A stretch of 61,477 bases of DNA, counting the filler, from Porpidia crustulata (lineage: Eukaryota): NCBI GenBank assembly GCA_964255105.1. It is 8 parts of 8 records of this genome, joined end to end, with 100 filler letters (N's around TTAATTAATTAA, not from the genome) between each part and the next. Parts side by side here need not be neighbours in the genome. Positions count along the whole stretch, not along the records: positions 46,205 to 53,792 come from CAXUWE010001285.1; positions 53,893 to 61,477 come from CAXUWE010001286.1; 6 more parts are not named here. The stretch is one strand, 5' to 3'. The notes under the pieces are model-generated. The model had not been told where the DNA came from and did no database searches. It worked only from the letters and a program-made list of their open reading frames with translations. This document shows, in pieces, positions 49,400 to 61,477 of the stretch. Position numbers and translations under genes: made by a program. Each line of letters starts with the position of its first letter. The first letter of the stretch is position 1.

Positions 49400-50735
49400 T
49401 CAGTCGTTGCTAGTGGTTGGATCCCAAGAACAAGGAGAATAATCTCCCGTCTCCAATGTTTTCATTTCAGCTGGCGTTAGCTCAAAGTCGTAGATATTTG
49501 CGTTATCCTCGATCCTCGAATGTGTCACAGACTTTGGCAATGGTACGAAGCCCTGTCCATGGATGTCAGTGATGGCTTTCAAGGTCAATATAGCCTGAAG
49601 TCGAATACCTTTTGCAAGCTCCATCGGAGCAGAACCTGCGCCGGTGTTTTATTGTATTTCTTTATCATTGGCTGTAACATAGGCTCTTCAAATCTTTGGC
49701 CTCTGACAATGGGACAATAAGCTTCGAGCACGATGCCCCGTGCCTGACACCACTCCACAATGTCCGGACGGGTGAGCCACGGATGCAGCTCCCATTGGCC
49801 GACACTGATTTCTCCAGCTTTGTTTTTTCCCATCACAGCTTCAAGTTCTTTGATATATGACTCTAGCTCGTTAAGATGATGAACGCCGTAATTGGACACG
49901 CCCAACGATCGGATCTTGCCTGCCTGCTGCGCTTCTACCAGCGCTCGCCACGAGCCAGTCCGGCCTTCTCTACCGCCGTAGGGAGCGTGTATGAGGTATC
50001 TAAATGGGGTCAGACTATCTACGTTTTCCCCTGAACTTGGACCATGAGGTAATGGAGAGGAATACAAATCGATGTAGTCTAGTCCTGTCTGCTTGCAAGT
50101 GGACGCTATCGCGGCCGTTGTCCTCTCATATCCCATGGCCTTTGGCGGAACCTTCGAGGTGAAGAAGATCTCGCTTCGCGGGATATCTGCTTTTCTTATA
50201 GCCTCCGAACATGGACCTTCATTGCGGTACACTCTTGCAGAATCTACCTGTGCTCGAATTAATTTACGCACTGTCAAACATGCTTGGCCTGCTGACCTAC
50301 GTGCCGATAACCGGTTTTGAAAGCGTGTAGGACCACATCTTCAGCTACATCTGCCGGTCTACTGGTATTTAAGTCTCTCGGTTCCATATTAATTATTGAT
50401 ATCTGTGCTCACGTTTGATAAACCTGGCCAGATGAGCAAAATTGTCAGCCAGCCTCGACACATAAAATTTGAAACTCGGAATTCACGAGATACGAAATCA
50501 GGGCCCTCTGCAGCATTTGACCAAGATGAATAACGATATATGGAGCGACACAACAAAGAGCAAGTGCGAGAGAAATTAGCTGTACCCCGTAGCCCAGAAT
50601 TGGGATTTGATGGCCCGTCAGCATCTGATATTTCGAATTTATGTTCAGTTTTGCCATCGCTACTGATGCCCAGCCTTTGGTACTTGGGGCCGAGGATAAA
50701 TGCTCTACCACTTTACTCAATCTAGCTTTGGTCAT
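49400..50735 (-). CDS. Aldo-keto reductase (AKR5/2,5-DKG reductase-like), 6 exons, with an N-terminal extension
   Basis: Motifs IPILGYGVYQ, GYRHVDSARVY, IFFTSK, YIDLYLIHAP, LGVSNY and LPKSVTHSRI. Includes an 11-nt exon at 50423-50413. Confidence 0.92.
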
Positions 50736-51000
50736 TGCTACATATGGAATGTGAGGTTGAAATGCATGCAACAAGATTACATCTACTATGAACAAAGAGA
50801 AGACTAAAGCATGCCACTCTCATCCCCTGCTTCTGCAATAATGGTCTTCAAGCTAAACCAAACTTGTACAATTATAGGGCTTATCGATAACAGATTTCTA
50901 CGAAAGAAAAGAATCGAGTCCCGCCTCTGAATCTTTCTATCCACATCTACAACCACATGGATTGCTCGCCCATTATATCGTCAGTAGACTCGCTATAGCC

Positions 51001-52331
51001 ATGCGTCTCATCAAACAAAATATCGAGCGCGATGGCTCAGGCACAATCACTCTCTTCCCCGAAGATCCTGAAGATATGGTATGGCGTGTTATGAAGACCC
51101 CAAATCGTATATAATATACTAAGATCGCTTGCCCACAGTGGTTTGCATATAACTTGATTCGTCCCAGTGATCTTCTCCGAGCTTCAGCGCTTCGCCGAGT
51201 AACAACCGAATCTAGGACGGGCTCTACCTCTTCCACCCGAATACACATGTCGCTAACAATTCGAGTTACATCACTAGACTTCGATACACAGTCAGCACAG
51301 CTACATGTCTCTGGGCGTATTGCTGAAGAAACAAGGTTTACAAAGGTTGGGCAATACCATACGCTTGATCTAGAATTGCAGCGGAATTTTACACTCGAGA
51401 AAAATGAAGGGTGGGATAGCGTGGCGCGGAACTTGGTGAAGGAGGCTTGTGATGCTGGAAAGAGTGATGATGTATGGGCTGTAGCGATGCAAGAAGGACT
51501 GGCAAATATCGCTGTACTGAAGGGAGCGAGAACGGTTCTGAGGCAGAGAGTCGGGACAGGGGTGCCGAGTAAGAGAGGAAGGAGAGCGGGGAACCACGAT
51601 AAAGTATGCCAAGATCATTAAGAATACAAGGACACATGGCGAGAGGAATTGCTGATAGTGTAAAGGGACTCGAGAAATTCTTCCAAACAACACTAGATAC
51701 CCTTCTGCGCCAAATCGATTTGTCTGAATCGAAGCCAATCCTGCTTGCGAGCCCAGGATATACCGCGACCGCTTTTCTTAAGTTCGTCGTTGACAGGGCA
51801 ACAAGGACAGGTGACAGGGCTCTACTAGCGCAAAAAGGCAACTTCATCGTTGTTCACTCGTCTTCCGGTCATTTGTACTCTCTCAGCGAAATACTTAAAA
51901 CCCCGGAGGTGCTTGCGCGCTTAAAAGATACCAAGTACGCCCGTGAGACCCGCTTAATGGATGATTTCATGACTTTGCTACGAAAGGATGTCGGTCGGGC
52001 GTGGTACGGTCCGAGGGAAGTCGAACAAGCCGCCGAAAAGGGAGCGCTGGGCAGAGGAGGGGGAGTGTTGCTGATCTCTGATGCGCTATTTAGAGCACAG
52101 GATGTGAACATTAGAACGAGGTGGATTACATTGGTGGATAAGGTGAAGGATGTTGAAGGCGGAGAAGTCAGGATACTAAGCAGTGAGCACGAGAGCGGAA
52201 AGAGACTGGATGAAATAGGTGGGATCGCTGCCATCTTGACATACCCACTAGAAGACTTGGATGAAGAGGATATGGATACGGAAGAAGCGGTTGTAAAGAC
52301 TAATGGGCACGTAGAAAACGTGCAAGTCTGA
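51001..52331 (+). CDS. DOM34: Pelota/Dom34 ribosome rescue factor, 3 exons (51001-51078, 51138-51603, 51666-52331)
   Basis: Motifs PEDPEDMWFAYNLIRP, GQYHTLDLEL, LLASPG, AWYGP and HESGKRL..IGGIAAILTYP. Confidence 0.95.
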
Positions 52332-53792
52332 GGGTATGCATCAGAGGCGCAAAGTAATCATCCGGGACTGGAGCTCTATTTCCGATTCCCGTATACGCAG
52401 GAGATGCACAGAATATCCGCTGATTGGTGCATGCAAGTATGGAGGAAGGATCCGCTGCACCTCCTTCTCCCTGGAAACTCCGTTATAGGTATGTCTGCAA
52501 TATATACCGTACGAAGGAAGGAAACACCATATGGCCGCATATTGAAGGATATTCGGTTTATCAGCCATATTTGGAATGACAGTGATGATCTTATCTCCTC
52601 TCCCGTCGACTCTGCATGAGTTTTATCTGTGATACAGCGATGTTCGTTGAACGACCCAGGATGCAGACATCCGAAACGTCCCTAAAATCTGTTCCTACCG
52701 ATAATATTTTACGCCTCTCGCACCTCAGATTCCAATTTATTTGTGATAGCTGGCCTTGCGGCCTAGTTTTACAAATTTCAGAGTAACCACACACCCCGCC
52801 AGGTGATGAAACTTGCGCTCTTCGAATTTTGAAGTATCGCGCACCTGTCATCTAAATGAGCTAGGCCACCTACCAAGCTCTGCCGTATTGAGAAGCGGTA
52901 CTAGGAGACCAAGGCGACCAGCGTACAGCACTGTCACGGAGCCTAGACGAGTTGTCAGTCAGGTGTCTTAGCAACTAGGCTTGGTGTCCGGTGTCAGCTT
53001 GATCAGAGAGAAATACAAATGTTAGGATAATCAGTTAGCTTTCGAAAGGAAACTGTGAACCAAGCAGTGGAAGTGTGCGGATTAGCGGCAAACGCGCGGA
53101 CTCAGAGGAAGGGATGGCGCTGCTGGCCTAGGTACATAATCGGACCTTATCAAGTTGCTCGATGTGGGCAAGGGCGAGGAAAAGAAGTACAAAGTATGCG
53201 ATAACATGAGTTTCTATCGATGTGATCTTCGATATGCTTGTTGTACTCGAGTTTCAGCTAGCGACACGACGAAGACGGTTCAGAACCTCAGGTATTCCGT
53301 CCCTCAGGAACTGGAAAAATCGAGAATCTCTTGTGGGAGCATTCGAAGACAACTGTGTATGGAAGCCCATCGCCATCTCTCCTTAACTGGTGCACGCAGT
53401 GAAACTGCGATATTAGCACGTTAGCTTCTCAAAACCTAGATCCACGACTTCTCCAGGTGCGAATCCATCGAAACAGGAGAAGGTACCTAGTTTACCTTCC
53501 AAAAATATGTGTCAACGCCACGAACAAGATCATCCAAAACGTCAAGCCTGGTCATCTCTTTCACACATAGTCACTCAACGTGAATAAGGATTAGAGAGAA
53601 GACTTTCGATACCGGCAAGTCCTCAGGTATTCAGACACACGTTTGTCGGTTTTCATCAATTTCAAGGGAGCATGTATTTCAGGAAAATTGATGTGATCAC
53701 AGGAGCATACATCTTTTGGTATTGCTTACACTGTGCTTTGAAAAAAACTGAACCATAGATACTCATGCTGCGAGGGAGATAGATACAAGCAG

Positions 53793-53892
53793 NNNNNNNN
53801 NNNNNNNNNNNNNNNNNNNNNNNNNNNNNNNNNNNNTTAATTAATTAANNNNNNNNNNNNNNNNNNNNNNNNNNNNNNNNNNNNNNNNNNNN
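53793..53892. other. Artificial contig-joining spacer
   Basis: N44-TTAATTAATTAA-N44. Confidence 0.99.
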
Positions 53893-54147
53893 GACTGGAG
53901 AGGTTAGCAAGGGAAGTCTTGAAGGCAGGAGAGCCGGAGGGTAAGGTGGGCGGACAAACCGAAGGGGCGGTAGATGGAGACGCCCTTTACGCAGGGAGGT
54001 TTAGCTTTGGTTGAGGCGGTGACGGTACGTCTTGAAGGCATAGTGTGGGCTTTGGATAGATTCAACAATAATGATGTTGCTGATGGTAGAATTGACACAT
54101 AACAACTCACGTACCTTCACTCTTTTTGTTCCTCCCGGGGCAGGCAT
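53893..54147 (-). CDS. YAF9: YEATS-domain protein Yaf9, 5' fragment
   Basis: Spliced MPAPGGTKRVK|GVSIYRPF|... with GTACGT and GTTTGT donors and a GCTAAC branch; matches the typical fungal Yaf9 N-terminus. Confidence 0.75.
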
Positions 54148-54547
54148 CTTTGTGAATGGGCAGGAGCACTTCTCGTCACAGTGTTGTGCCTCCCGCTTTC
54201 CTCTATATTGGCAATCAACAGTACCGATAGATCGTCATGCTAAAAACTCAGGTATATCAAGATAAGATGTCAACCTTTCGAATCGGTGAATTATCGAGGC
54301 AATGATTGAAACAATTGGAGAGGAAGTCGACATGTGAAGTCGATCTTATCAGATGAGATCTGAGGAAAGCTGATCCCTGCAAGCGCACATCCAGGGTCTT
54401 CAGAGGTCGATCTCGCCGACTCGCCGATGTACAATGTCGTCAACAAGCTCTTGAAGATCAATTCGAATTTTCGACGTTTTTTAGCTCAAGACATGAGTAG
54501 GTGTGACCGCATTATAGATCACTGAACACGAGGGGAAAGATAAAACC

Positions 54548-55527
54548 ATGGCGCCTAGGAGAATTGTTGTATGCGGAGGCAATGGGTTCCTCGGTACCAA
54601 TCCCAATACCTGCCATCCCATCGTCCCAGCTAATATCCCCCAGGCTCGCGAATATGCAAAGTCGCCGTCGGCCGAGGCTGGGACGTAACGTCCATCAGCC
54701 GCTCTGGTGAGCCCACCTGGTCCGCCGTCACGTCCTCTCCCGACCCTCCGCCGTGGTCAACCTCCGTTTCGTGGGCGAAAGCGGACATTCTAAAGCCTAC
54801 AACATACAAGTCGATGCTGAAAGATGCCGATGCCGTCGTGCATTCTATGGGTATACTGCTTGAGGCAGACTACAAGGGTGTGCTGACGGGGAAGGAGTCG
54901 ATATGGGGGGGTTTGTCGAGAGCGTTCAGTGCGAAAAAGGGTGGGAGTCAGAATCCTTTGCAGAGGAAAGAGGGAGAGGCACTGGAGCCGCAGGAGAAGG
55001 ATGGGCAGTTGACGTATGAACTTATGAATAGAGATACAGGTACGATTGATACACTGCCAGTTTCGAAGTATGCCATTAAACTAACGCTTGGTGCCCTCCC
55101 AGCAATTACCCTAGCGCAAGAGGCATCTTTCCAAAACGTTTCATCGTTTGTCTTCATTTCCGCCGCGGCTGGAGCACCCATGCTCCCCAAACGATACATA
55201 ACCACGAAACGAGAAGCCGAGTCCACCATAGCATCATCGTTACCTAAGCTGAGGAGCATCTTCATCCGACCTGGATTTCTTTATGATGCCTCTCGAAAAT
55301 TCACCCTTCCAATCGCGTTTGCGGGAACCGCAGGTAACATGGTGAATTCCATGGTTGGAGGGCGGCTGACGTGGTTGGCTGGTGCGGCGGTAGAGAAACC
55401 ATTGAAGGCGGATTTGGTGGCCGAGGCCGTTGTTGAGGCGATTGAAGATGGGGGCGTGAAGGGCGTGGTTAGTACGGCGGACATAGAGGCATTGGCTACC
55501 AAGGCTTGGAGGAGAGGGATGCTGTAA
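54548..55527 (+). CDS. COQ11: Atypical SDR NAD(P)-binding protein (Coq11/YLR290C-like), 3 exons
   Basis: Motifs IVVCGGNGFLGSRIC, AVVHSMG, YITTKREAE and IRPGFLY. Introns at about 54594-54643 and 55040-55102. Confidence 0.85.
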
Positions 55528-55662
55528 ATATGATACCACCATGATAATCGCAATTCTAACAGGTCAAGTTGGGTATCTTGATTCAAAGTGTCCTAACCAT
55601 CTCACCCAGGTCGATGATGCGCGTAGTACCCAGCCTCTTAGTCTCTCTTCCTCTTCAACCAT

Positions 55663-56720
55663 TCAGATCATCGTCCCACGCTCAAAACTGTCTCGGATCT
55701 CTGCAGTGTACTAGGATCGCCATTAGCTCAGATGTGCATCGATACAACAAATGGACATACTAACCTTGTTATAGAATCTCCCAAGCTTTTGATTGAATTG
55801 TTTGTTCTTGTCGTTGATGTACGTCACGTCCCCATCGTCGTCGCCTTTGCCTCTATCCCTCCTCTTCTTCAACCGCACGTCCTCAGCCTTTCGGAGGTCG
55901 TTCACAAGTCGATCGACAGCTGCACGATCGGGTTTGTTCTCGATAAAGTTGGTGCTGTCGGCTGTAGAATAGAATGTGCCATTCTTGTCTACCGCTACCA
56001 GCTCTCCATCTTCTGTCTCCACAACCTCTAATCCTCCGCTAAGAGCCGCTTTCTGCACCGCTGCCGCTTTGTCCTTTTCGTAATTCTCCATATCAGGCTT
56101 CAACTCTCTGAGCTGCCGCTTGTAGATCTTTCGGGAGTCCTGCCGATAATCTTGGAATGCGACATCTTCTCGGTGTTTCTCTTTCTTTTCCATCCGCCTG
56201 TCCCACTTCTCGGATTCCTCGATTGTCCAGTCCCATGCTCGTTTCCTCTCAAAGTCCTCACCAGCGGCAGCAGTATCGGCCTTGAGGAGATTATGCGACG
56301 CAAATGCTTGTTTTCTTGATAATGAAGCTAGGAGGTTTGGGTCCGTTGCTAGCCGTTGAGACTCAGCAGCTGCTTCTTTGAGGTTACGTTGAGCAGATTT
56401 CTTCTAATATAGTATTAACCAGTGATTCTAGCATAAGTTCTGCGAGCGCATAACAATGCGAAAATTCTAGGCAGCTTGGATAAACGTACCGCACGCGCCT
56501 GAAGGGCTTTAAATCTGTCCCGCCGATCATCATTTTGAGTCATTGCTTGTGACGATTTCGTAGCATTTTGCATATTAGCGGTAGCTTCCTGTTGGGGTGA
56601 TGTCGATGCTGCCATGTCTTTACCTTCCGAGCTGTTCACGGTTGGTTGCGTTTCTGTGATCGAGGTACCGTGCTGGTGGTCTGTAGCTAGAGTGATCTTG
56701 CGTTTCTTTGACGGAGGCAT
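55663..56720 (-). CDS. SYF2: Pre-mRNA splicing factor Syf2, 3 exons
   Basis: Motifs AWDWTIEESEKWD and DVTYINDKNKQFNQKLGRFYNK|YTAEIRDSFERGT. Confidence 0.93.
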
Positions 56721-56952
56721 AGCAGTTATTCAAAAGACTGCTATCGTAATAAATAGAAGTTGAATGATTGAGCAGTTTTATGTTTCTATGTAGGTGACCT
56801 TATGAGTGTTGGTGCTTGTGTGCTTAAGAGAGGAAATCAATCTTAAACGACCTACCTAGGCACGCTAGGGCTCACTTCGTAGTGCTACTAGCGCAATCAA
56901 ATGCTCATTCTCAAAAATTCGCCCATCCGAATAGATTTCTTTGCGTCGTTCA

Positions 56953-58044
56953 ATGCTTCGGCGTCACAGCTTCTGCAGATACTCTCCTCGTGAACCCAAA
57001 CTCCTTTGTTTTCTAATAAATAGCAATTTACGCAAGGTTGGGACTTCTCATGTTTGTTACACGACACTTCAGCGTGAGAATATGCCGGCAATACGGAGAG
57101 CGCTCTTCAACAACATCAGCGCATCAAAAGAGCTTGGACATCGAGCATCAGACCAAGAGCTTAAAGAAAGACTTAAGGTACTCAAATCTAGAGAAGAATT
57201 CCTTAGTTTCGTAAACGCAAATCTCAATAGCTACGAGGATGGCCTTCGGCTCTGCTTAGCCGCGCCAAAATTGATTCAGGTATTCAAGAGGTGTCGACAT
57301 CAATCTACGGCAATTGAGGCACTACACGATATCAATACATTTGTTTCGCGTCTAGAGCTCGTAGGGGTTACACCACCAAGGCAGATACTCAGATTTGGCA
57401 TGACAGAAGCTGCCAGAAGAGGACTTCCTGTGGCTGTAATGGCATACATCAGAAAATTAAGATCAATGCGTGACGAAGATCATTTTGTACAATTACCCAT
57501 TAGGAGTGTCATCACTGCGTTTGTGAATGAAGTAAATCACCGAGGATCATTCAAGGGTCCGAATAGTGAGGCCAAGAGGCAGGAATGGCTTCACATTATA
57601 GAACTCATCCTCTCTGAATGGATTCAAGATGAAATGAAAAAAGCCTCGGATTACCATTCTGTCAACCTGATCTTCAATTCATTCATTCAGGCTTTCTCCA
57701 TATTAGGTGATGCTAAGCGAGCTTGGGATGTTGCCAAGGGATTCGACCATCGTTTCGGACCGATACATAGCGAGATGTGGGAATTGTTGGAACAGACCCC
57801 AGAATACCTTGGAGACTGGCTGCCAGGATTAGTTCGACGATATGAGAATCAGTTCATGACAATGCAAAATACGACATTGAACCTATTGTTCAGCCATCCT
57901 GAGCTGATTAAGAACTGGACTTCAGATTTGACTGAGCCGGCGAAGGTAGAGCTTGAAAGACAATTGGAAGAAATTGAAGATCTTTTGGGTTTCAGATGGA
58001 GGGCCGGCGAAGATGGGTTCCACGTACGGCCGTACTGGGCTTAA
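56953..58044 (+). CDS. Hypothetical helical protein with a possible mitochondrial presequence
   Basis: ORF of about 363 codons, Arg-rich and acid-poor N-terminus, divergent from SYF2. Confidence 0.65.
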   Translation: MLRRHSFCRYSPREPKLLCFLINSNLRKVGTSHVCYTTLQRENMPAIRRALFNNISASKELGHRASDQELKERLKVLKSREEFLSFVNANLNSYEDGLRLCLAAPKLIQVFKRCRHQSTAIEALHDINTFVSRLELVGVTPPRQILRFGMTEAARRGLPVAVMAYIRKLRSMRDEDHFVQLPIRSVITAFVNEVNHRGSFKGPNSEAKRQEWLHIIELILSEWIQDEMKKASDYHSVNLIFNSFIQAFSILGDAKRAWDVAKGFDHRFGPIHSEMWELLEQTPEYLGDWLPGLVRRYENQFMTMQNTTLNLLFSHPELIKNWTSDLTEPAKVELERQLEEIEDLLGFRWRAGEDGFHVRPYWA

Positions 58045-59014
58045 CCTTTGAACCAGCATCTTCGGTATCCAACCTACCAAGAAAATAGCACCTGTTGAGA
58101 TTCCACAATATCTTGGCTAGTGCCGCGATGTAGGACCCTCAGGTTTTCACCTTTGAATGTACGAGATCGTTAATTCATTCTCGACATAGATTCAAACCTA
58201 TACGTCCTCTTGCTACCTATGGATTCAATTCTGGTGCTTCAATCATGTCCTCGTCTTCTCTCCATCTGAGCCCATTTGCCGCTTGAAGCAACAGCCTTCC
58301 ACCAAGTCGAGTTTCGAAAAAAACTCGCGAAGCCAGAAATATAGAAATGTGCGCCGATATTCAACGGCAAGATTGGAACCTCCGTGTCTTTTTCCTCCAG
58401 CCTTTCCTGTACATAGGCTTTTCAGTTGGAAGTGAATTCTTGACGCAACAACGCAGTTACAGTAATGAGAATGTCTCCTGGAGTCGCCTTTCACCTAGTG
58501 ATTTTTCCTCCAAGACAGACGTTAATTCATGAGAATTGGGCTGCAGGCCTTTCCCTCTGTTTGAAGACTTTTGCAATGGTATGAATTTGCCTTTCAAGAT
58601 CAACAGCTAGAGGCTTTCAGCGGAAAAGGTATAGAATCGGCAGTTCGGAGGAGCTGGACTATCGACATGGATGACATAAAGTGGAAACTGGGTATAGTAG
58701 CAGCAAGTAGTCTGATGAAGAAGCAGAGTCGAGCATGCACTCAAATTTACCTGCTTTGAATGCTTGGCTCCACCAATCGTCCAAATCAGCTATAGTCGCG
58801 CAAGAGATGGAATTTACACACTTCACGATTTGCCCCAAGCTTTGGTAGCAATGACAGAATGCTTTGCGATATTTTTGACACGAACAACCCATTCCGATCC
58901 TGATACCAGAGTTCCGATAACCCCGAGGCCAGAGAAAGAGCATTGTGCTACGCACCCACGCACTGAAAACGATACACATGCCAAGAAATGCTTCGGAATC
59001 TCCCAAAGTAATAT

Positions 59015-60817
59015 CTAAGCATCGATGACTGACAGCTTACGCTTCATTTTCGCCTCCTTCTGCAGTTCTCTCGCATATTTGACACCAAAGCCGTGATTGA
59101 ATATCTCTCTGATATCCTCCAATGTCATACCCTTGACCTCTGGATAGCACAACCAGACAGCGCTGCATCCGGGTCAGCAAACTCCTTGATTCGATCCAGA
59201 GCGCGGTTACTCACATCCAGCCGAAGAAGCAAATCGCAGCATAGAACCCAAAAGCTCCTGATGGTGTTACGTTTTCCATCTGCGTGAGGAAAGTGGAGGC
59301 AACAATGATGTTGGAGCCCCAGCAGGTGCACGTCAACATCATAGTGCCGTAGGCTCGGACCTCTATGGGAAAGACTTCGCTGGAGAGCCAGGCGGTGTTT
59401 CCCATCCCAGAGGAGTAGAAACCGACATAAATGATCATACAAGCCAGTACCAGGTAGGCCGGCCAGCCAATTTTGGTGCTCTTCAGGGAGAGATCATGGT
59501 TGATAGGAATCCAATGAAAGGCTACAGCAGCAAGTGCAAGGGATAGCGCCTACGGTCTGTTAGCATTGTGAACACTTAGACTCAAACAATCCTTACCATC
59601 GCCCACATGGTGCAGAGTAGGATACATCCTCGTCCAATCCGATCCACGAGCATGAGATTAACCCAGGTGAAAAAGAAGTTGGTGCCTGCAATGACGGTTC
59701 CAACAGCTACGGGGTTCGAGAAGCCAACCAGGGCAAAGAGCGTGGATGAGTAGTACATCAAGCTATTGAAACCTCCAAGTTGCGAGATAGCCATCAATCC
59801 ACAGGCAGCAATCAAGGCTCGGAGATTTGCAGGAACGACATAGAGCTGCTTAATCCCCCATCCTCGGGGTTTACCAAGAGACAAAGCCTTTGCCTGCTCC
59901 ACATGCAAAGCAATGTGTTGTACTTTTTGCTCCACTTGCTCTGGGGTACCGTTGGGAAAGATTCGGGCAATCACTTTGGCCGCTTGCTCCGGCTTATTAT
60001 GATAGATGAGTTGACGGGGAGATTCTGGACACAATGACAACAGGCAGCACAGTATAATGGCTGGTACCGCCCCAAGACCAACCATGTACCTCCAGCCATG
60101 ATCGACTTTGGCAAATCAGGCACCAATCTCGTACGAGATCAATTGGCCCCCTGTGATACTCATATTGTCAAGCCCGATCATGCGGCCGCGATACTTTGCT
60201 GGAGCTACCTCGGCGATATAAAGCTGATCCAGCCGTCAGTCAAAGCCTACTTTCCATGACTGCTCTACTTACGGGCACAATCATAGCGGCAGATCCAACT
60301 CCAAAGCCCACCACTAATCGACTAACAGTCATCTGAGCTAAGCTGAAGGCAGCTGCCTGGAGTATGGCTCCGATAATGAACAGAATACATCCAACATAGA
60401 TGGCGATTTTCCGGCCGAATCGATCCGCGGACATGCCGGCAATGACAGCTCCCACGAAAGCACCGCCAGACGTAATTGAGGTGATGAGCTCTTTCTCGCC
60501 TGAACCTAGTACATGACCCAAGTCCGAGTAGAGGTAAACCAAAACGGCCGAGATGATGCCAGTGTCGTAACCTGCATGACGACTGTCAGCTGGTTGCCAC
60601 TTGGATATCGCATTCTGCAGGTAAGAGTATGATTACCGAACAGGAGGCCGCCAACGCTAGCAGTAATGGATACCAGCCAAGCAAATTTCCCACTTTGAGT
60701 TGACTCAATTGTATCAAGACTGTCCAGATGCTCATTGTCCGAATTCCGATCTTGCGACATGACCTTTTCGACATGACTCGCTTTGACCTTTTGGCCGATG
60801 TCATGGACGAGACTCAT
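59015..60817 (-). pseudogene. MFS sugar-porter (myo-inositol transporter-like) with an in-frame stop
   Basis: Motifs GGLLFGYDTGIIS, DRFGRK, YIAEVAP, GWRYMVGLGAVP, PESPR and SEVFP. An in-frame TGA lies at 60118-60116 (SYEIGA*FAKV). Confidence 0.8.
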
Positions 60818-61477
60818 GATGTCAACTTTGTCTTTCTGGGAGAACTGCCTTATTTAACAAGGTGGCTACAAGGAGAGCAGTGACAAAAGCAATGGACGAG
60901 TAGACAATTTGCCAGAGGTGGGAAAAAGATCTGCACGAAGAGTGAATGAGAATCGAGTGGGCGCATGACTTATATCTAGATGGTTGTGACCTCACAACTC
61001 CAGCCCTTTTCATGATGATCCCATCCATCGACTGGAGAGAACCAGGCTGGCGCCTTTTGGACATCACATCATTCGGCAAATCGCAGCACCGACAGTCCCA
61101 TGCTGGGAGAAAGCTGGAAAGACAATGAGGCTTTATGCAAGAGCATCTAGACTCGAGGCGGTATGCTAGGCTACCACCACTTAGGTACCTGTAGCCCGGA
61201 CCTTGGGCCGTTGAATGAGAATGATGGAGGACAAAGTTCCCCTATTGGATTTACGGCATGACGGATTGACGGTTTGGCTCTAGCTTGGACAGGCCGAAAT
61301 GAGATTGCGGGGAAACCTAAGCTACCTACCCCACATTTCACCCGAGCTCCAACGTTGTGTACTTACATCGCCCTATATGACGTTCGAGGCAGCGTGCCCG
61401 TTCTCCATCCTCCGTTCTTCGTCCTTCATGCTCTCTTTCTTCCACATCCCCTCCTCCCTCCCCTCTCCCTTATTCCC

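Noticed and set aside
52341..53792. Gene-free tail after DOM34 with scattered splice-like signals
   Set aside because: I could not assemble a coherent gene or RNA structure.

Overview
This is eukaryotic DNA from an intron-rich filamentous ascomycete (Pezizomycotina), and it is not one continuous locus. It is eight unrelated contigs of about 7.6 kb, sorted by decreasing length and joined by identical 100-nt N44-TTAATTAATTAA-N44 spacers, so adjacency across a spacer has no biological meaning. Conserved genes recognised from the sequence: PDK1/Pkh kinase, VIP1 PPIP5K, UTP21, velB (5' part), a GAC1-type PP1 glycogen-targeting subunit, DOT1, ATG16, YPT7, an SLC35F/EamA vacuolar transporter, PUS4 (3' part), an aldo-keto reductase, DOM34, YAF9 (5' part), a COQ11-like SDR and SYF2. 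Accessory genes: an FAD monooxygenase, two F-box proteins, a metallo-beta-lactamase-fold hydrolase and a small secreted Cys-containing protein. The most notable observations are: (1) a head-to-head pair of an atypical HSPA12-type Hsp70 and a coiled-coil protein, both carrying inactivating lesions; (2) a 242-bp MITE with perfect 34-bp CAC...GTG TIRs and a 5-bp TSD (Transib/CMC-like signature) upstream of DOT1; (3) an N-terminal PTS2 extension on the aldo-keto reductase; (4) a decaying myo-inositol-type transporter; (5) a possible CACTA terminus inside a 4.4-kb gene-free interval. All gene calls rest on motif recognition and manual splicing, and no database search was run.
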